A DNA stretch of 64,000 nt from the NCBI GenBank assembly GCA_036785375.1, contig JAWMAR010000002.1, positions 15,190,001-15,254,000 on the forward strand, in the 5' to 3' direction. Position numbers and translations under genes: made by a program. Shown here in pieces: positions 1 through 12,930 of the stretch. The notes under the pieces were generated by a model. It was not told the origin of the DNA, did no database searches, and was given only the letters and a program-made list of their open reading frames with translations. The stretch is from Leucoraja ocellata. Lineage: Eukaryota. Position 1 is the stretch's first letter. Each line of letters opens with the position of its first letter.

Positions 1-1040
1 TTAAATGTTGTTACTGTATCTACCTCAATTGCTAATGGCATCCTCCCTCTAGCAGGGTAACCAAAAGATAACTGTAAACTGTTGTACAATGCAACATAAC
101 ACCCCAACTTCTATACGCAAAACCCTTCCTGATAAAGGCCAGTGCCAAAAGCCTTCTTCACGCCCTGTCCATCTGTGACGCCACTTTCAGAGAACTGTGC
201 TCTTGCGCTCTTAGATTGCTTTGTTCTACAATGCTCTCCATGGCCCTACCATTCGCTGTGAAAGTCCTATCCTGGTTTGACTTCCAAAAATGCAATCCCT
301 CACATTTATCTGAATTAAGCTCCATGACCCACATGGACATGATCTTGCGCTAATTTTTGATAACTTTCATCACTGTCTATGATACCACCTATTTTAGTCC
401 CATTAAGGGACAGAAGTTTAGGGGTAATATGAGGGGGAACTTCTTTACTCAGAGAGTGGTAGCGGTGTGGAATGAGCTTCCAGTGGAAGTGGTGGAGGCA
501 GGTTCATTGGTATCGTTTAAAAATAAATTGGATAGGCATATGGATGAGAAGGGAATGGAGGGTTATGGTATGAGTGCAGGCAGGTGGGACTAAGGGGAAA
601 AAAAATTTGTTCGGCACGGACCTGTAGGGCCGAGATGGCCTGTTTCCGTGCTGTAATTGTTATATGGTTATATGGTTATTGCAAACTTACTAATCATGCT
701 GTGTGCATTCTTATCCAAATCATTGATGACAAACCATAATTGGCCCCGAATGACCCCTAGTCATGGGTCTCCAGTACAAGAAAACAACCTTCCACAATCA
801 CCCTCTGCTTCCTACCATCAACCCAATTGGGCATGCAATTAGCTAGCTCTCCCTGAATCCCATGGGATGTAACCTTCCAGAGGAGTCCATGTGGAATGAT
901 ATCAAAGGCCTTACTGAAGTCTATATAGACTATGTCTACCACCCTGCCCTCATCAACCTTCTTGGTTACTTCAAACAGATGTGTGAGACATGATCTGCCA
1001 GGCATAAATCCATACTCAATATCCCTAATTAACCCCTGGA
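1..1040 (-). mobile_element. Old degenerate CR1-type LINE, reverse-transcriptase region
   Basis: Minus-strand ORFs 757-1005 (GRSCLTHL..VDEGRVVDIVYIDFSKAFDIIPH...GRKQRVIVEG) and 158-340 (NSDKCEGLHF...) are CR1 RT motifs. Interrupted by a younger element at 404-677. Confidence 0.85.
404..677 (+). mobile_element. CR1/HER1-type LINE 3' end nested in the older CR1
   Basis: KFRGNMRGNFFTQRVVAVWNELP...FKNKLDRHM C-terminus, 3'UTR and (TATATGGT)n tail. Confidence 0.85.
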
Positions 1041-1090
1041 ATTCCTCAGAATCTCTGCATGTGCATGAATATCTTATTCCTTCAGAATCC

Positions 1091-1207
1091 CCCCCAAATG
1101 TTGTGTCTTGGGTCTATGTGTTTTGTAATGTATGGCTGCAGAAACGGCATTTCGTTTGGACCTCAAGGGGTCCAAATGACAATTAAATGTATCTCTCTTG
1201 TATCTAA
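1091..1207 (+). mobile_element. Rex1/Babar-type LINE 3' terminus with stem-loop
   Basis: catttcgtttggacc-tcaagg-ggtccaaatgacaattaaa followed by a short tandem tail; same architecture as other Rex-type tails in the window. Confidence 0.55.
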
Positions 1208-1827
1208 ATGCACATACGTTTCTCGGAATCCACGTAAAAATGCCGAGTAAAGGCTTGTCCTATTCATTTCTTTATTCTTTTCCCTCACCTCTTAACAGTG
1301 ATGTGCATATAACATTTCATTAGACAACTTGACTATGAGCTTCTAATAACAAATTAACAGTTTGCTTTTATTTCCTACGCTCTGGTGCTTTGGAATTTTA
1401 AAAATACCAGGCTGCCTCTGAACTATTTATCAGGAAGTCGTTTGATAAAGTTCTAAATGGTAAATCCTCTTTCAATTGAGATTTATGTGTTCACTGCTGG
1501 AACTGGCCCTTGAAATACCCAGCAAGTTACTTCCTTGCAGTTTCTCTTGGTGTCCTTCATTGTCACTGTCACTGCTTCTCCTCCTGAGTTCAGCTGATGC
1601 AAGAAATCTCCATGGAAGAATCCACATTCTATCATTCTTGGTCAGACCTGGTAAAGTGTTTGAAGTTTCGTGCTAAACATGGTAAAAGGAAGGTTGATGG
1701 ATGAAAGCTTTTTCGTTGTAGGTGTTTCTTTTATAAATGTTGTTGATTAATTTACTCTGTAATATAAATGGCATTAATATGCTGTGTACACTTTATTGCA
1801 TGACTGTGGATGTGCAGTTGGCAGCAA

Positions 1828-1912
1828 AAAACCTTGGGATGAGAAGATTAAAAATTGAGATTAAATGTAAAAGTTAAATTGGATGAGAAGGTTAAAACCT
1901 TGGGATGAGAAG
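1828..1912. repeat. Short local direct duplication (aaaaccttgggatgagaag x2)
   Basis: 19-mer at about 1828-1846 and 1894-1912, plus a partial ggatgagaag at 1881. Confidence 0.7.
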
Positions 1913-3137
1913 TAATGTAATTGGGGGCAATCTTGCCTTGAAACTGGTAAATGGGTTATAAGGGAGTGTTTTTGTTAAAGGATTAATTATGTATATATAT
2001 TTTTTAAATCGTGTCATAAACCAGGAGAATAATAATTTATTGGCAGTTTGCTGTGTAATTTATTTGATATAAGAAAATAAATGGATTAATTTCATAGTAC
2101 ATCATGATTTAGTTTTATCACATATTTCTTCCATGTATTATATATTTGAATAGAGGTCTTGTCTCATTTCTGCTTTTGTTGTTATCTTGAGGCTTGCCAC
2201 GGTTTCTGTCCCGCTAAGTTTCTGATTGCCTTTGCATGTGCTCACTGTATAGTCTGTTTATGTGGAACACAAGGAGAATTGGTGACTGACACCAGGCTGC
2301 GGGTCAAATGCATTTTGGAAGGGGCTAACATGCAATGACAAGGAGTGATATAAATTTGAATAACACACATTTTGGTCAACGGGATTTTTTTTTTCTTCCA
2401 CAAACCACTGTATCCATGTAAAGATTTGAAACTGAGCTTCGGAACAACATGCATGCAAAATGTATGGGAGAGCTGATATTTTGCCTTGAAGAAGTCGAGG
2501 CTTGTGTTGGTGGGGCGACTTGCTCCTGCAGTCCCTCATGGCTTGTTCAAAGGTTCCTATCTGAATTATGTTTAAGTGGTGCACCAGCCAGTTTCTCACA
2601 AATACTGCACTTTTCTGTTAAGCAGTGTTGAAAGGACTCTGGGCAAATCTTTGAGTTGATTACAATCTGTCTGGAAAGTAACCCGTAGTTTTTGTTGAAT
2701 ACATGCCCAGGAGACCTCTGTGTATTGTGTATTCTCTTGCAGCATTCACACTGCTGCACAATGTAAGGTTTTTTTTTTATTGAGGGCAAACATATTAAGA
2801 GAATGTTAAGGAAATCTCCTGTCACTTTGGATTCTATGCATTTTAGTTTTCAAGTTTGTTAAATATTTTCAAAATATATGTGGCAACAGTTTTCAGAAAG
2901 ACTAAATCCTATTTAAATTTTGTTTTAGCGTGGCTGTTTGATGCTCTGATGAATGATCCCATGAATTCTATGTTGAATAGGGGACAAAATATTGAGATAA
3001 AACAGTATCCAGCATAGATGTTACTTCATCATTTGTCATGTTATTAGATCTATAAAATAAGGTTAAATAAAAGAAAGTTATATTCAAGTGAAACAGTTAA
3101 CTGCAAGTTGAAAATTGCAACAAGTCACCTGAGCAAT

Positions 3138-3253
3138 CTTTGGCCCGAAACGTTGCCTATTTCCTTCGCTCTATAGATGCTGCTGCACCCGCTGAGTTTC
3201 TCCAGCACTTTTGTCTACCTTCGATTTTCCTGCATCTGCAGTTCCTTCTTAAA
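3138..3253 (+). mobile_element. Penelope-like terminal-repeat fragment with tail, flanked by a 12-bp TSD
   Basis: Body ggcccgaaacgttgcc...gatgctgc...ctgagtttctccagca...gcatctgcagttcc. TSD cacctgagcaat at 3126-3137 and 3254-3265. Confidence 0.75.
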
Positions 3254-5467
3254 CACCTGAGCAATGAATTGTATGACTTTGTTTTTGAGGTACAGTGTAA
3301 TTCTTTGCAGAAGAACTATGCGGAAAGTATTTTCATTACACTTTGTGGTGGAGCTTTCCATTTGCTGAAGGCCATTTCAAGGCAGCCAATAAGCATTTGT
3401 AACTATAGTACATGAGTTGAATGTGTCTGCAATTTCAAAACACGATTCACCTAATGACAATGTTGGGTTATTGCATCAAAGCAAAACAGTGAAAGGAAAG
3501 CAGGACAAATCAGAGATATTTCTTTACAGGAAATATATTTTCCTACAGAATGTGTTTGATAAAGGCCCACAGTTAACAATGCCTTCTATTTATTTTCAGA
3601 CTTGTCCATTTCTGTGTTATTCTTTTTACACTTTTGACAAATTGATAAGCTGCGATGATAGGCCATAATTGGTAAAGGTCCTCCCTATCTTGTACATTAG
3701 AACAGCAGAAATGAGGCTATCCAACAGATCCAAGATGTGCTGCAAATTGGGATGAGTTACATGTCACAATTCAGCATCAACCTTAGAGACATTCCTAATG
3801 CCTTTTGACAGGTTCTTTCTAATTGGTTTCAACTAAACGTTCGCACACAAACATATGCGACTTTGTGAAAAGAAAGCTCAATAGTTCAGTCTCTTAATTG
3901 GTCAACTAACCCTTTGGTTCCCTTCCTTGGTTCTAGAATAGCCATGGTCTTTTGTTATTTTAATCTGAATAAAATATTTTGAAAGTATTCAGGTGCCCAA
4001 CATGTTCTATAAAACTTTTCCAGTTAGTCAATTGAACTGTCATAATAGCCCTGCCAGCAGTGTCTGGACATTAATTTGATTTTATCCAAAACTATTTCCA
4101 TGAATGAGGGAAACAAACAATTAGTTCTCACTCAGATATCCTTTCTTAGAAAAGTGAAGTAAAACAACAGGCACTTTTGATTGCAATTTGATTAAATTGT
4201 TTTGCAGTCAATTTTATGAATAAAAGCCATCAGCCCATTTTCTGTCATGTTAGCGCCTCTGGGAGAGGTGTACCTGATCTCTTTTCAGGGGGAGAGAGGA
4301 ACTTTTGTCATTCGTTCCCGAACTGCATCTCAGTGGAGGTGAGAATGAGGATACATGCCTGATTAAGAGCGAATAAGCCATTAAAAAAAATCCAAAAAGC
4401 TTTAGTTGTTGAGAGCTTATAATAAAAATAGACAGCAGTGAAATATGTAATAGCCCTTGTTTTATTATTCAGTGCATCAAATGTTTCTTAAATTAGCCAG
4501 GTGTATTGGCGTCAGACCTCCTGGCTACCCATCCAGCTAATCGGAATGTTTTGTCCACATTGGATGTTTTATTCCTGAAAGATGGGAGACCATGTCATCA
4601 AAATCACCCCTAGTTCATTGTCAAATCGACATTGTCATGCAAAAAGATAACAAGCAGGATAGTGCGGAAAACACAAAGAATACAGTTCTCTCCTGTCATG
4701 GTTTAACAGACATTGTATTTGATGTACATGGTATGGGAAAGCAATTGGATGAAAAGGGTGAGACTCATAGAGTCATATAATATAGAAACATGCCTCTTGG
4801 CTCATTTCATCTCGCTAACCAACAAGAACCTATCTATACTAATCTAATTTACCAGCACTTGGGCCAAAGCTTACATGCTTTTTTTCAAAATGGACACTAC
4901 CTCAGCAGATCAGAGGACTTATCAATATAGTGTGACATCATTAAGACCAGCTAAATGCAAAATATCTATACGGAACGTGCTCTACTTGTGCACATCTGTA
5001 CCTGTGGTTAACTTAGTGTAATGCAAATAATACAGCCAGTGTACACATGCCACACGCCACCTGTCACTCCCTTTTAATCTGACATACTTCTGAATTACAG
5101 CTTCAAAATGACAACCACCTGCCAAGCTTCAAAATTCCTTAACCAAACAATTATACGCTGAGTGACCTCAGCCCTTGTTAGTTTAAGAATTAGACTTTCT
5201 GGCCTTATGGAGACACTGTGTGTGCCACCTTAGCACAGTAATACGGGGTGCGTTTCATGGCACGATGCCTCTTTCCATGTGAAAAACATCATCATCCAAA
5301 CTTTGCTATGTCCCGCAGCCCTCACTTTTGCCTTGTTCCTGTACTGCTCTTTCTTCCTCTTGCAATTTTAGTTTGTTTTTGCTCGCCTGAATTCCTTTAT
5401 ATTTTCCTCAATCTTTATCTTGTATTTTCAATATTTATTTGTACTGTCTCTTGTTCCCTTTGCCTTC

Positions 5468-5640
5468 CAAGTCAAGTCAAGTTTATTTGTCACATACACA
5501 TATGAGATGTGCAGTGAAATGAAAGTGGCAATGCTCGCGGACTTTTGTGCAAAAAGACAAACAACCAAACAAACTATAAACACAATCATAACACACATAT
5601 ACCTTTACATAATAAATAATGGAAGGAAAAACGTTCAGTA
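5468..5640 (-). mobile_element. Rex1/Babar-type LINE 3' end
   Basis: Minus strand catttcactgcacat...atgtgtatgtgacaaataaa followed by a (CTTGA)n tail. Confidence 0.6.
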
Positions 5641-5770
5641 GATGTCTTCTCATCTATTGCACGCTCTCTCTTTTTGATGCCCAGTGGACCACATTGGTAG
5701 AGTGCAGTCAAACACTGGAAGTGCCAGGATATGCAGTAGGATAGGATTTGGGTAGCAGCCTGGATGAAGA

Positions 5771-5866
5771 TAGACACAAAATGCTGGAGTAACTCAGCGG
5801 GCCAGGCAGCATCTCTGGATAGAAGGAATGGGTGATGTTTCAGGTCGAGACTCTTCTTCAGACTGA
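5771..5866 (-). mobile_element. Penelope-like terminal repeat with degenerate hammerhead motif
   Basis: Minus strand tcagtCTGAAGAagagtctcgacctGAAAcatcacc...gatgctgcctggcccgctgagttactccagca. Confidence 0.75.
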
Positions 5867-6094
5867 GGGATTCTAAATCAGCGGTGTGTTACCGTAACCT
5901 TCTAATCCACAAAACTCCTTCAAATAAGTGAAATATCATTAAATTGGGTGTCCTTGTTCATTGAATGTGGCTGCCACCTAAACGTGCCAGTGAAAACTAT
6001 TGAAATGGAGACGTAGTTCTAGATTATAATATCATGTTTAACACTTGAAGACAAGGCCTCTTGACAGGTTAAAGGTGTTAAAGGAGCTGTAAAT

Positions 6095-6262
6095 ACCGGG
6101 AGTAGTCAGCAGGTCAGGCAACATCTGTGGAGGGAGAAACAAAAGTTACAGCTTAAAATTAGTCATTTTTCAGTCAAAGCCAAAGGCCACCTTTCCCTCT
6201 TCACAGCTGCCGCCTGACCTGTTGAATATTTCCAGTACGTTCTGTCTTGCTTTAAAATCTCC
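6095..6262. mobile_element. Old inverted pair of Penelope-like terminal repeats
   Basis: caggtcaggcaacatctgtggagggaga ... ccctcttcacagctgccgcctgacctgttgaatatttccag (diverged self-complementary arms). Confidence 0.55.
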
Positions 6263-6460
6263 AGTTACACCTGTATTATACTATTATATTTACAACACAA
6301 ATCATAGAGAATTGCTCACCTTCTAACTAGATGATTAAAGTTCTAGGTTTTTTGGCTATTGATTACACAATTGATATTTTGTACTTTTAAAATCATCTTT
6401 ATGAACTTTGTGTTTATCAAGGTGAAGGATATCAATGCTGAGAAGCTAAATATAGTTACC

Positions 6461-6670
6461 ATAAGATCATAAGATAGTAGAATAAGACCATTCGGCCCAT
6501 GAAGTCTACTCCGCCATCCAATCATGGCTGATCTATCTCTCCCTCCTAACCCCATTCTCCTGCCTTCTCTCCATAACCTCTGACACCCATACTAATCAAG
6601 AATCTATCTCTGCCTCAAATACTTTGCCTCCAAGGCCTTCTGTGGCAAAGAATTCCACAGTTCCACCACC
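6461..6670 (-). mobile_element. CR1/HER1-type LINE 3' end
   Basis: Minus-strand RVVELWNSLPQKALEAK; 3'UTR cagccatgattggatggcggagtagacttcatgggccgaatgg; (TTATGATC)-like tail. Confidence 0.8.
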
Positions 6671-7351
6671 CTTATCCTTTCCCCTCCAAAATGATGGCAG
6701 CATTTATTGAGAGTAGGTGTACCTTGGATTAAATGCAGAGTAAAAGTATTTGGCAAAATTACTTTATCCATTAATCTCAGAAAAGACTCCAAATGGCACA
6801 CACTCAGCAAGTGGCCATTGTTTGCGACATGTAGTGTTGATTATTGCTGAATTTGGCCAAATTGCAGATTCCTGTCATGCACATTCTAATGAAGTGAAAC
6901 AGGTTATAGCATACATTGGACCAATTCAACACTGGTGGTCTTGTGTTACTGTGGTATCCTGGCATTATCGGGAAGTTAGGCCCAAATGGCGTTTTCAAGC
7001 GAGAAAACAAACAATTTCAAATTTTGCAACTTTTCAACATTACATAGTGGCCCACTCCTGCTTCTCTTATTATATTCCAATATTTAAATGGCTCATTAAT
7101 CCATTAATTTCAAGCAAACTGTTGTAAAGATCAGCCAACTTTCACCTGTTTACTCTTCTCAACTTTATGAACGAGGTTGTTGGAAATTTCTACGCTGTTT
7201 TCTGGAAATTTGATGTCAAGGATATGACAAATAGTTCAGAATTATGTTTACAGTTTTTCCCCTGCATCCTCCTTGTCTTTGACGCATTGCTTGTGGTTGG
7301 AACTGCATGTGAGATTGGATTTGCAATCAACCAGGCAAGTAGGTAGGGACA

Positions 7352-7548
7352 AAAAGCCGGAGTAACTCAGTGGGACAGGCAGCATCTCTGGAGAGAAGGA
7401 ATGGGTGACGTTTCGGGTCAAGACCTAGGATCTTGACCCAAAACGTCACCCATTCCTTCTCTCCAGAGATGCTGCCTGACCCACTGAGTTACTCCAGCTT
7501 TTTGTGTCTATCTTCGGTTTAAATCAGCATCTGGTGTTCCTTCCTTCA
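7352..7548. mobile_element. Penelope-like inverted terminal-repeat pair (palindromic insertion) with 16-bp TSD
   Basis: Self-complementary arms of about 75 bp around 7427, a tail on the right arm only, and TSD caagtaggtagggaca at 7336-7351 and 7549-7564. Confidence 0.85.
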
Positions 7549-9343
7549 CAAGTAGGTAGGGACACACTTCTCCTTGGGGCCTCAAAACCAGGCTCTGTGT
7601 TGGGTCATTTAACTTCCAATTTCTTATTCCAGTACGATCCTTTCTGCAACCAGTTGGCCTGATCTTATCTCAGTAACTTGATGTGCCATTTGAGGGAGCC
7701 AGTTGGTGGTGTACATTGAGTAGTACAGATCAAGGAAGCTAGCTCATCCTCTCTGTCTCCTTCATTCTCTTGAGCTTGGACGTTCCTCTAAAATTAGGAC
7801 TGGGACCTCCATATAGGAACGGGATGTGCACCATTAACTTAATGACTGCCAATCTCCATTGCAGCTGTAATTTTAGAATAAGATGGAGTACATTTCAAGT
7901 GTAGTGGGGAATTGGAAGATGGCATTACTGGAAGAATAATTTTAAGAGCATTTTCGTGCCAGGAATTGAGTATTTTTGCAGAGGTGGAATGAATGGTTTC
8001 AGATAAGCAATTTATCTGGCTCCCCATTGTCCTGGCAGTGTATGTGCTAGTTAAAGGAAACTTCACTGCATCTTCTGGTCCACAGGGAAGGAATCAGAAG
8101 ATCAGTTCTTCAGTTATTAAGAATATGGGTATGAACATCCTTGATGCTGGAATTACATCATCTCTCGGTATTCTGCCTACTTTCTCACAGAATGAACTGC
8201 TTTACTGCAAGTCATTCCCAGTGAGGTTATTCCACATTAGGTCAGTTATACTACAGCTGTGACTGTTAACATTGTCAGATAGCTGCTCATTCCATTTGTG
8301 TTCTTGTAAAGACACAGATGGAGAAATTGTTACTTATTCTCATTCTGATTGGAACAATTTTACAAATAACATGGATAAATTGAATAATAATAGTCCCACA
8401 AATGAGAAATAAAGATCCTCGAACAGATGGACAAGTATTGACAACCGTTTATGTCAGTGAAAATCTAAAATAGGCAGAGGGAAAATAACCTTTGGTTTGA
8501 ATATGTGTTTTTTTGGCAAAAAAAGGGAATATGTAAATGACTTATTGGAAAAACCATTGACTGGGAAATAAAATTGCGGGCCATCTGAGCTCGAGCATTG
8601 AAAGGTTTGGATGGGGGGAATAATAGAGCAAAGGGACCATTGTTAGGCAGAAGAAAAGACAAGGCTGGAAGAGGAGCTGGCTGCACTGAAGCCCAGTTCA
8701 AGAGGGTACATGTTCAGCGTTAGATTTGCAACTTAAAGAAGCTTGAAAAAAAAGTAGTTTTTGACGCAGTAGAAGGCTCATGTAGCCCAGAGTGGTCAGA
8801 ATTATCAATTCATTGAGAAATGTTATGAAAAAGATTCTGTGCAGGGAGGGGATGGCTGGAGAATAGAATGAAATAAGTTTTACATTTTCGATATGACTAC
8901 ATTATCTCTGTCTGAAATGTTTAGGTTAATTCTGCTTTCTGTTTCGACTGTAAACCAACAAGTAAAGAAAGGTAGCAAAAATAGTGGTACGTAACTGGTC
9001 TTATTCGCATTGGTAAGGATTATTTTCATGAAACAAGATTGAAGGTTAGTTCCCTGACAACCTTCCTGAAGAAAAATAAAACTGATGTAATGTGGAAGGC
9101 ATATAACCATATTGAAAACAAACTTTTAACATCTTTGCAAAAGTACATGAACTTGTATTGATACATTATGGTGTTAATGAACAAATTATTAAGATAAATC
9201 TCAAATTCAAATGATGTACTTGCTATTTATAATATTAAAAATAGTTTTCTATAATACTTTTCTGAAAGAAATGAAATTAGATGTTGTTCTGCAAGGTTGC
9301 AATACTTTAATTAATTGCACTGGATTTTATCAAAAATGTAATT

Positions 9344-9720
9344 AGAGTCATACTACAAAGAAACTGGCTCTTCGGCCCAACTTTACCATGCTGACCAAGA
9401 TGCCCATCTACGCTCGTCACACCTGCCTGTGTTTGGCTCATATCCCTCTAAACCTTTCCTTTCTATGTACCTGTCCAAATGCCTTTTAACTGTATTAGTA
9501 ATTGTTTGTGGAAATATTGTAACTTGGCTTAAGATCATGTTGGTATAAATCAGCATCTACAGTTCCTTCCTACACATCATAAACCCATGTGATAGTAGAA
9601 TTAGGCCATTCGGCCCATCAAGCCAAATCTGCCATTCATTCATGGCTGATCTATCTCTCCCTCCTAACCCCATTCTCCTGCTTTCTCCCCATAATCTCTG
9701 ACACCTGTATTAATCAAGAA
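9344..9720 (-). mobile_element. Two CR1-type 3' fragments (9344-9492, 9578-9720) with a PLE tail remnant (about 9545-9575) between them
   Basis: Same 3'UTR sequences as other CR1 copies; cagcatctacagttccttcctacac matches the PLE tail. Confidence 0.7.
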
Positions 9721-10619
9721 CATCAAACCACATACTACGCACTTGTTATTACGCTAAATATTGCAAAAAACGACCTCCTATAAATACTCTTGGTGGACGA
9801 TGGCCTTGGAATAAAATGCTGCAGTAATTCTCAGAAACCTTAAAACGGACATCATCTAGAAATTATTTATAATTAATAACTTGGAAGTCCGATGCTTGCT
9901 TTTTATAATATAATTTGATACATGCCCTCCTCAACAATGATGGACCAGAACTCAACCCTCCCGTTAACTCTTTCACTATCCGTCACACCCGCCTACCCCA
10001 CCTGCTGCTCAATTGCTTTCAATTTCCCCCCATCCCCAGCCCATTTTCTGTTCATCACCAACCAATGTCCACCCCACCGCCCTTTCCCCCCTCACAAAAC
10101 TTTGGGTTCCAGTCTTTCTGACAGACCCTTGTAACATAAAACTCCTCCCTGTACTCCTCAGTTCTAACTTTGCAAACACCAGTCCCTGATTCTCTCAGCA
10201 CCACTTTACCAGGACCCGGCCTTGGTCCAATATAGTTTGTTTTGGACACTGAATTTTGTTGTGTCGCAGCCTCAATTAAACAGTGGCTGGCAGCAGATTA
10301 AAGCCCTTTGAATAGGAGGCTCCGCAGTAGTATGGGATCGAAATTTGGCCAAGTGACAAGAAACAGTTGGTATTTTCTCAGCCTAGATGGAAGCACACAG
10401 TAATGCTCCCAAGAGCCAGTGCTAATTAAATACTTTCAAGGTTTGGTCACTGTTGCAACATAAGAAATACAACAGTTAACTTAGACTTCGCAAAGTCTGA
10501 CAGATAGAATTATGATAATAACTGGGTCGTCTGTTTTCAAGAGTGGGTTAATTGATAAATATTGGTCAGAATACTAGAGTAACTGCATTTCCTGCAATAT
10601 AGGTCCATGAGATTTGGAC

Positions 10620-10918
10620 TTTAGATCTTAGACCTTAGAGAAACAGGTGCCCTTTAGCCTGCCGAGTCAGCGCCGAGCAGCAATCACCCCGCACACTAGC
10701 ACTATCCTACACACAGGGGACAATTTACAATTTTACCAAAGCCAATTAACTTACGAACCTGTACACCTTTGCAGTGTGCGACTAAACAGCTTCGCCCAGA
10801 GAAAACCCACGCAGTCACAGGGAGAACGCCTAAAGTCCGTACAGACAGCACCCTGTAGTCAGGATCAAACACGGATCTCTGGCGCTGTAAGGCAGCAACT
10901 CTGCTGCTGCACCACTGT
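10620..10918 (-). mobile_element. tRNA-derived V-SINE (HE1-like)
   Basis: Reverse complement of the family at 29300: tRNA-like head, central gtgactgcgtgggttttctc domain, CR1-like tail. Confidence 0.8.
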
Positions 10919-11049
10919 ATGGAGAGGACCAGGTCCCACTGAAATTTCCCCAGAAATTCTGTATTTCCAATCACAATATTTGTTTCTGTGGTGGTTTTGT
11001 GTTGTTTCTCTCAGCATTTTAAACTCTTAACACTCAGATTGGTGCTGTG

Positions 11050-12545
11050 ACTATCAGGCTTCAGGCCCATTTCTTACGAACCTCTGATGGACATGGTGGT
11101 CCAAACCCTGCATCACACAGGCAGAGTAGGTACCGTACCTGGAAGCGCCAAGGAGGCCTCCATTGTGCCCAAAAACCTAGTCACCGGGGTAGTCTCCAAG
11201 TACGGAGGACGCATCAGAGAATCCCACACCCCCAGCATTCTCTTGGCCATTGTACAGTCGATAGAAAATAAGACTGAGGGCTTAAAGGCAAGACTGCTTT
11301 AGCCAAGGGACAGGAGCAAATGCAGTGCTCCCTGTTTCACAGGCATGACTTTCTCCCATCTATGCGCAAAGGCTTCTAAATCCATTCATATGGACCAGAC
11401 GGCATTATCGGATAAAGAGAGCGGTGATGGCATCTGACGCATGGTAAACTCCTCATGGTGCCTGGATGTGGTCCAACTCCTGCTCTTGAAGGACCGTACA
11501 CTGTGATCAACAGACACCAGACAACATACTCTGGTGTCTTCTCCATCTGTGCTGGGGTCTTTAGAAAAACTATCTTGACAAAGACATCTCAAAACTGAAC
11601 ATGTCTGCTGCAGCAGCAGAGGATCAAACACTCTCAGCCAGCACCACTTCATCATCAGGATTGGCCTATTGCTCCATCCCTCTCCTGCTCATTGGAAAAT
11701 TGGACCACTTGGCTGTGCTTCTCCTTTGTGCATATACGCAGCGACTGAGCTCTGGTGAAGAGGGTTGTACAGAGCTGGTCAAGGGTGGCAGAGGAGTGAC
11801 ATAACAAGTGCTTGGACTGAGCGATGTTTGAGGACTTGGCAACGGACCTGAACGAATATGCCACAATTTTTATGACTTCACAAGGAAATATGTGGGGGAA
11901 TGTGTTCCTACCAAGTGTTCCATAACCACAAGTCTGCTGGATGAGAAGATCAGCAATCTGCTGAAAACAAGACCTGGGAAGTTCAAGTCAGGCAATCAGA
12001 GTCATACAGGATGTCCAGGTGTAACCTCCAGAAGACCATTGCAAATGCAAAGTATCCCTTGAGAACTAAATTGAGGCTCAGAAGGAAGCTCAGCAACTGT
12101 GACAGAGCTCACGTCACTGCTTCCGACCGTGAATCTGAGTAGCTCCTGTGACGGAATGACAGCAGCCAGATGAGCTCAGTGCTTTCTAGCTTAGAGAGGA
12201 AGAACAACAATGTACCTTCACGAACCTCTATGACCCTCTGACCACGGTATCCAAGACCAACGTCTGAAGGTCTGTCACCAGGGTGAGCCTTTTGGCCCCA
12301 ATGACGCACCTAGTTGTTTTTCAAAACCTGCTCAGACCAACTGTCTGGACCGTTAACCTCTCACTACTATGCCCGATGTTCCCACATGCTTAAAGAGGAC
12401 GTCCATAATACTGGTGCCCGTGAAGAGCCAAGTGAGATACTTCAACTACTGACTGTTGGCACTGACACCCATTGCAATGAAGCGCTTCAAGAGATTGGTT
12501 ATCATGCAAATCAATGCCTGCCTCAGTAATGACCTGGACCCACTT
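11050..12545 (+). mobile_element. Degenerate Rex1/Babar LINE, APE endonuclease through start of RT
   Basis: Frameshifted remnants PSILLAIVQSIENKTEGLKARLL (APE N-terminus), AYCSIP..GKLDHLAVLLLCAYTQRL (APE SDH motif region), KTCSDQLSG...VPTCLKRTSII...LALTPIAMKRFKRLV...DLDP (RT N-terminus). Confidence 0.8.
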
Positions 12546-12606
12546 TAATTCATCTGCCGATCTACAACAGATCAACAGCAGATTCCGATCTCGTTGGATC
12601 TCCATT

Positions 12607-12702
12607 CTGAGAAGGGTCTTGTCCCGAAACATCTCCCATTCCACTCACTCCAGAGATGCTGCCTGTCCCGCAGAGTTACTCCAGCATTTTGTGTCTATCT
12701 TC
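12607..12702 (+). mobile_element. Penelope-like terminal repeat with degenerate hammerhead
   Basis: ctgagaagggtcttgtcccgaaacatctcccatt...gatgctgcctgtcccgcagagttactccagcattttgtgtc. Confidence 0.7.
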
Positions 12703-12780
12703 CATTCTGCATTAGTCCACTTGGGCAAAAGGTGAATTTGACGTAACAGCAAAACAAAAAAGAAAATTGCAGCACATAAG

Positions 12781-12930
12781 GGTAAGGGTATGGAAGACAG
12801 GAGTTGGGGAATGTAATACTACAGCTGTACAAGATGCTGGTGAAAGCACATTTGGAGTATTATGTGGAGTTTCTGGTAACCTTGCTATATGAAGGATGGG
12901 GTTAAGTTGGAAAAGGTGCCAAAAAGGATG
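12781..12930 (+). mobile_element. CR1 RT C-terminal fragment
   Basis: Translates to ILQLYKMLVKAHLEYYVEF..., the CR1 LYKxLVRPHLEYCVQFW motif. Confidence 0.65.
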
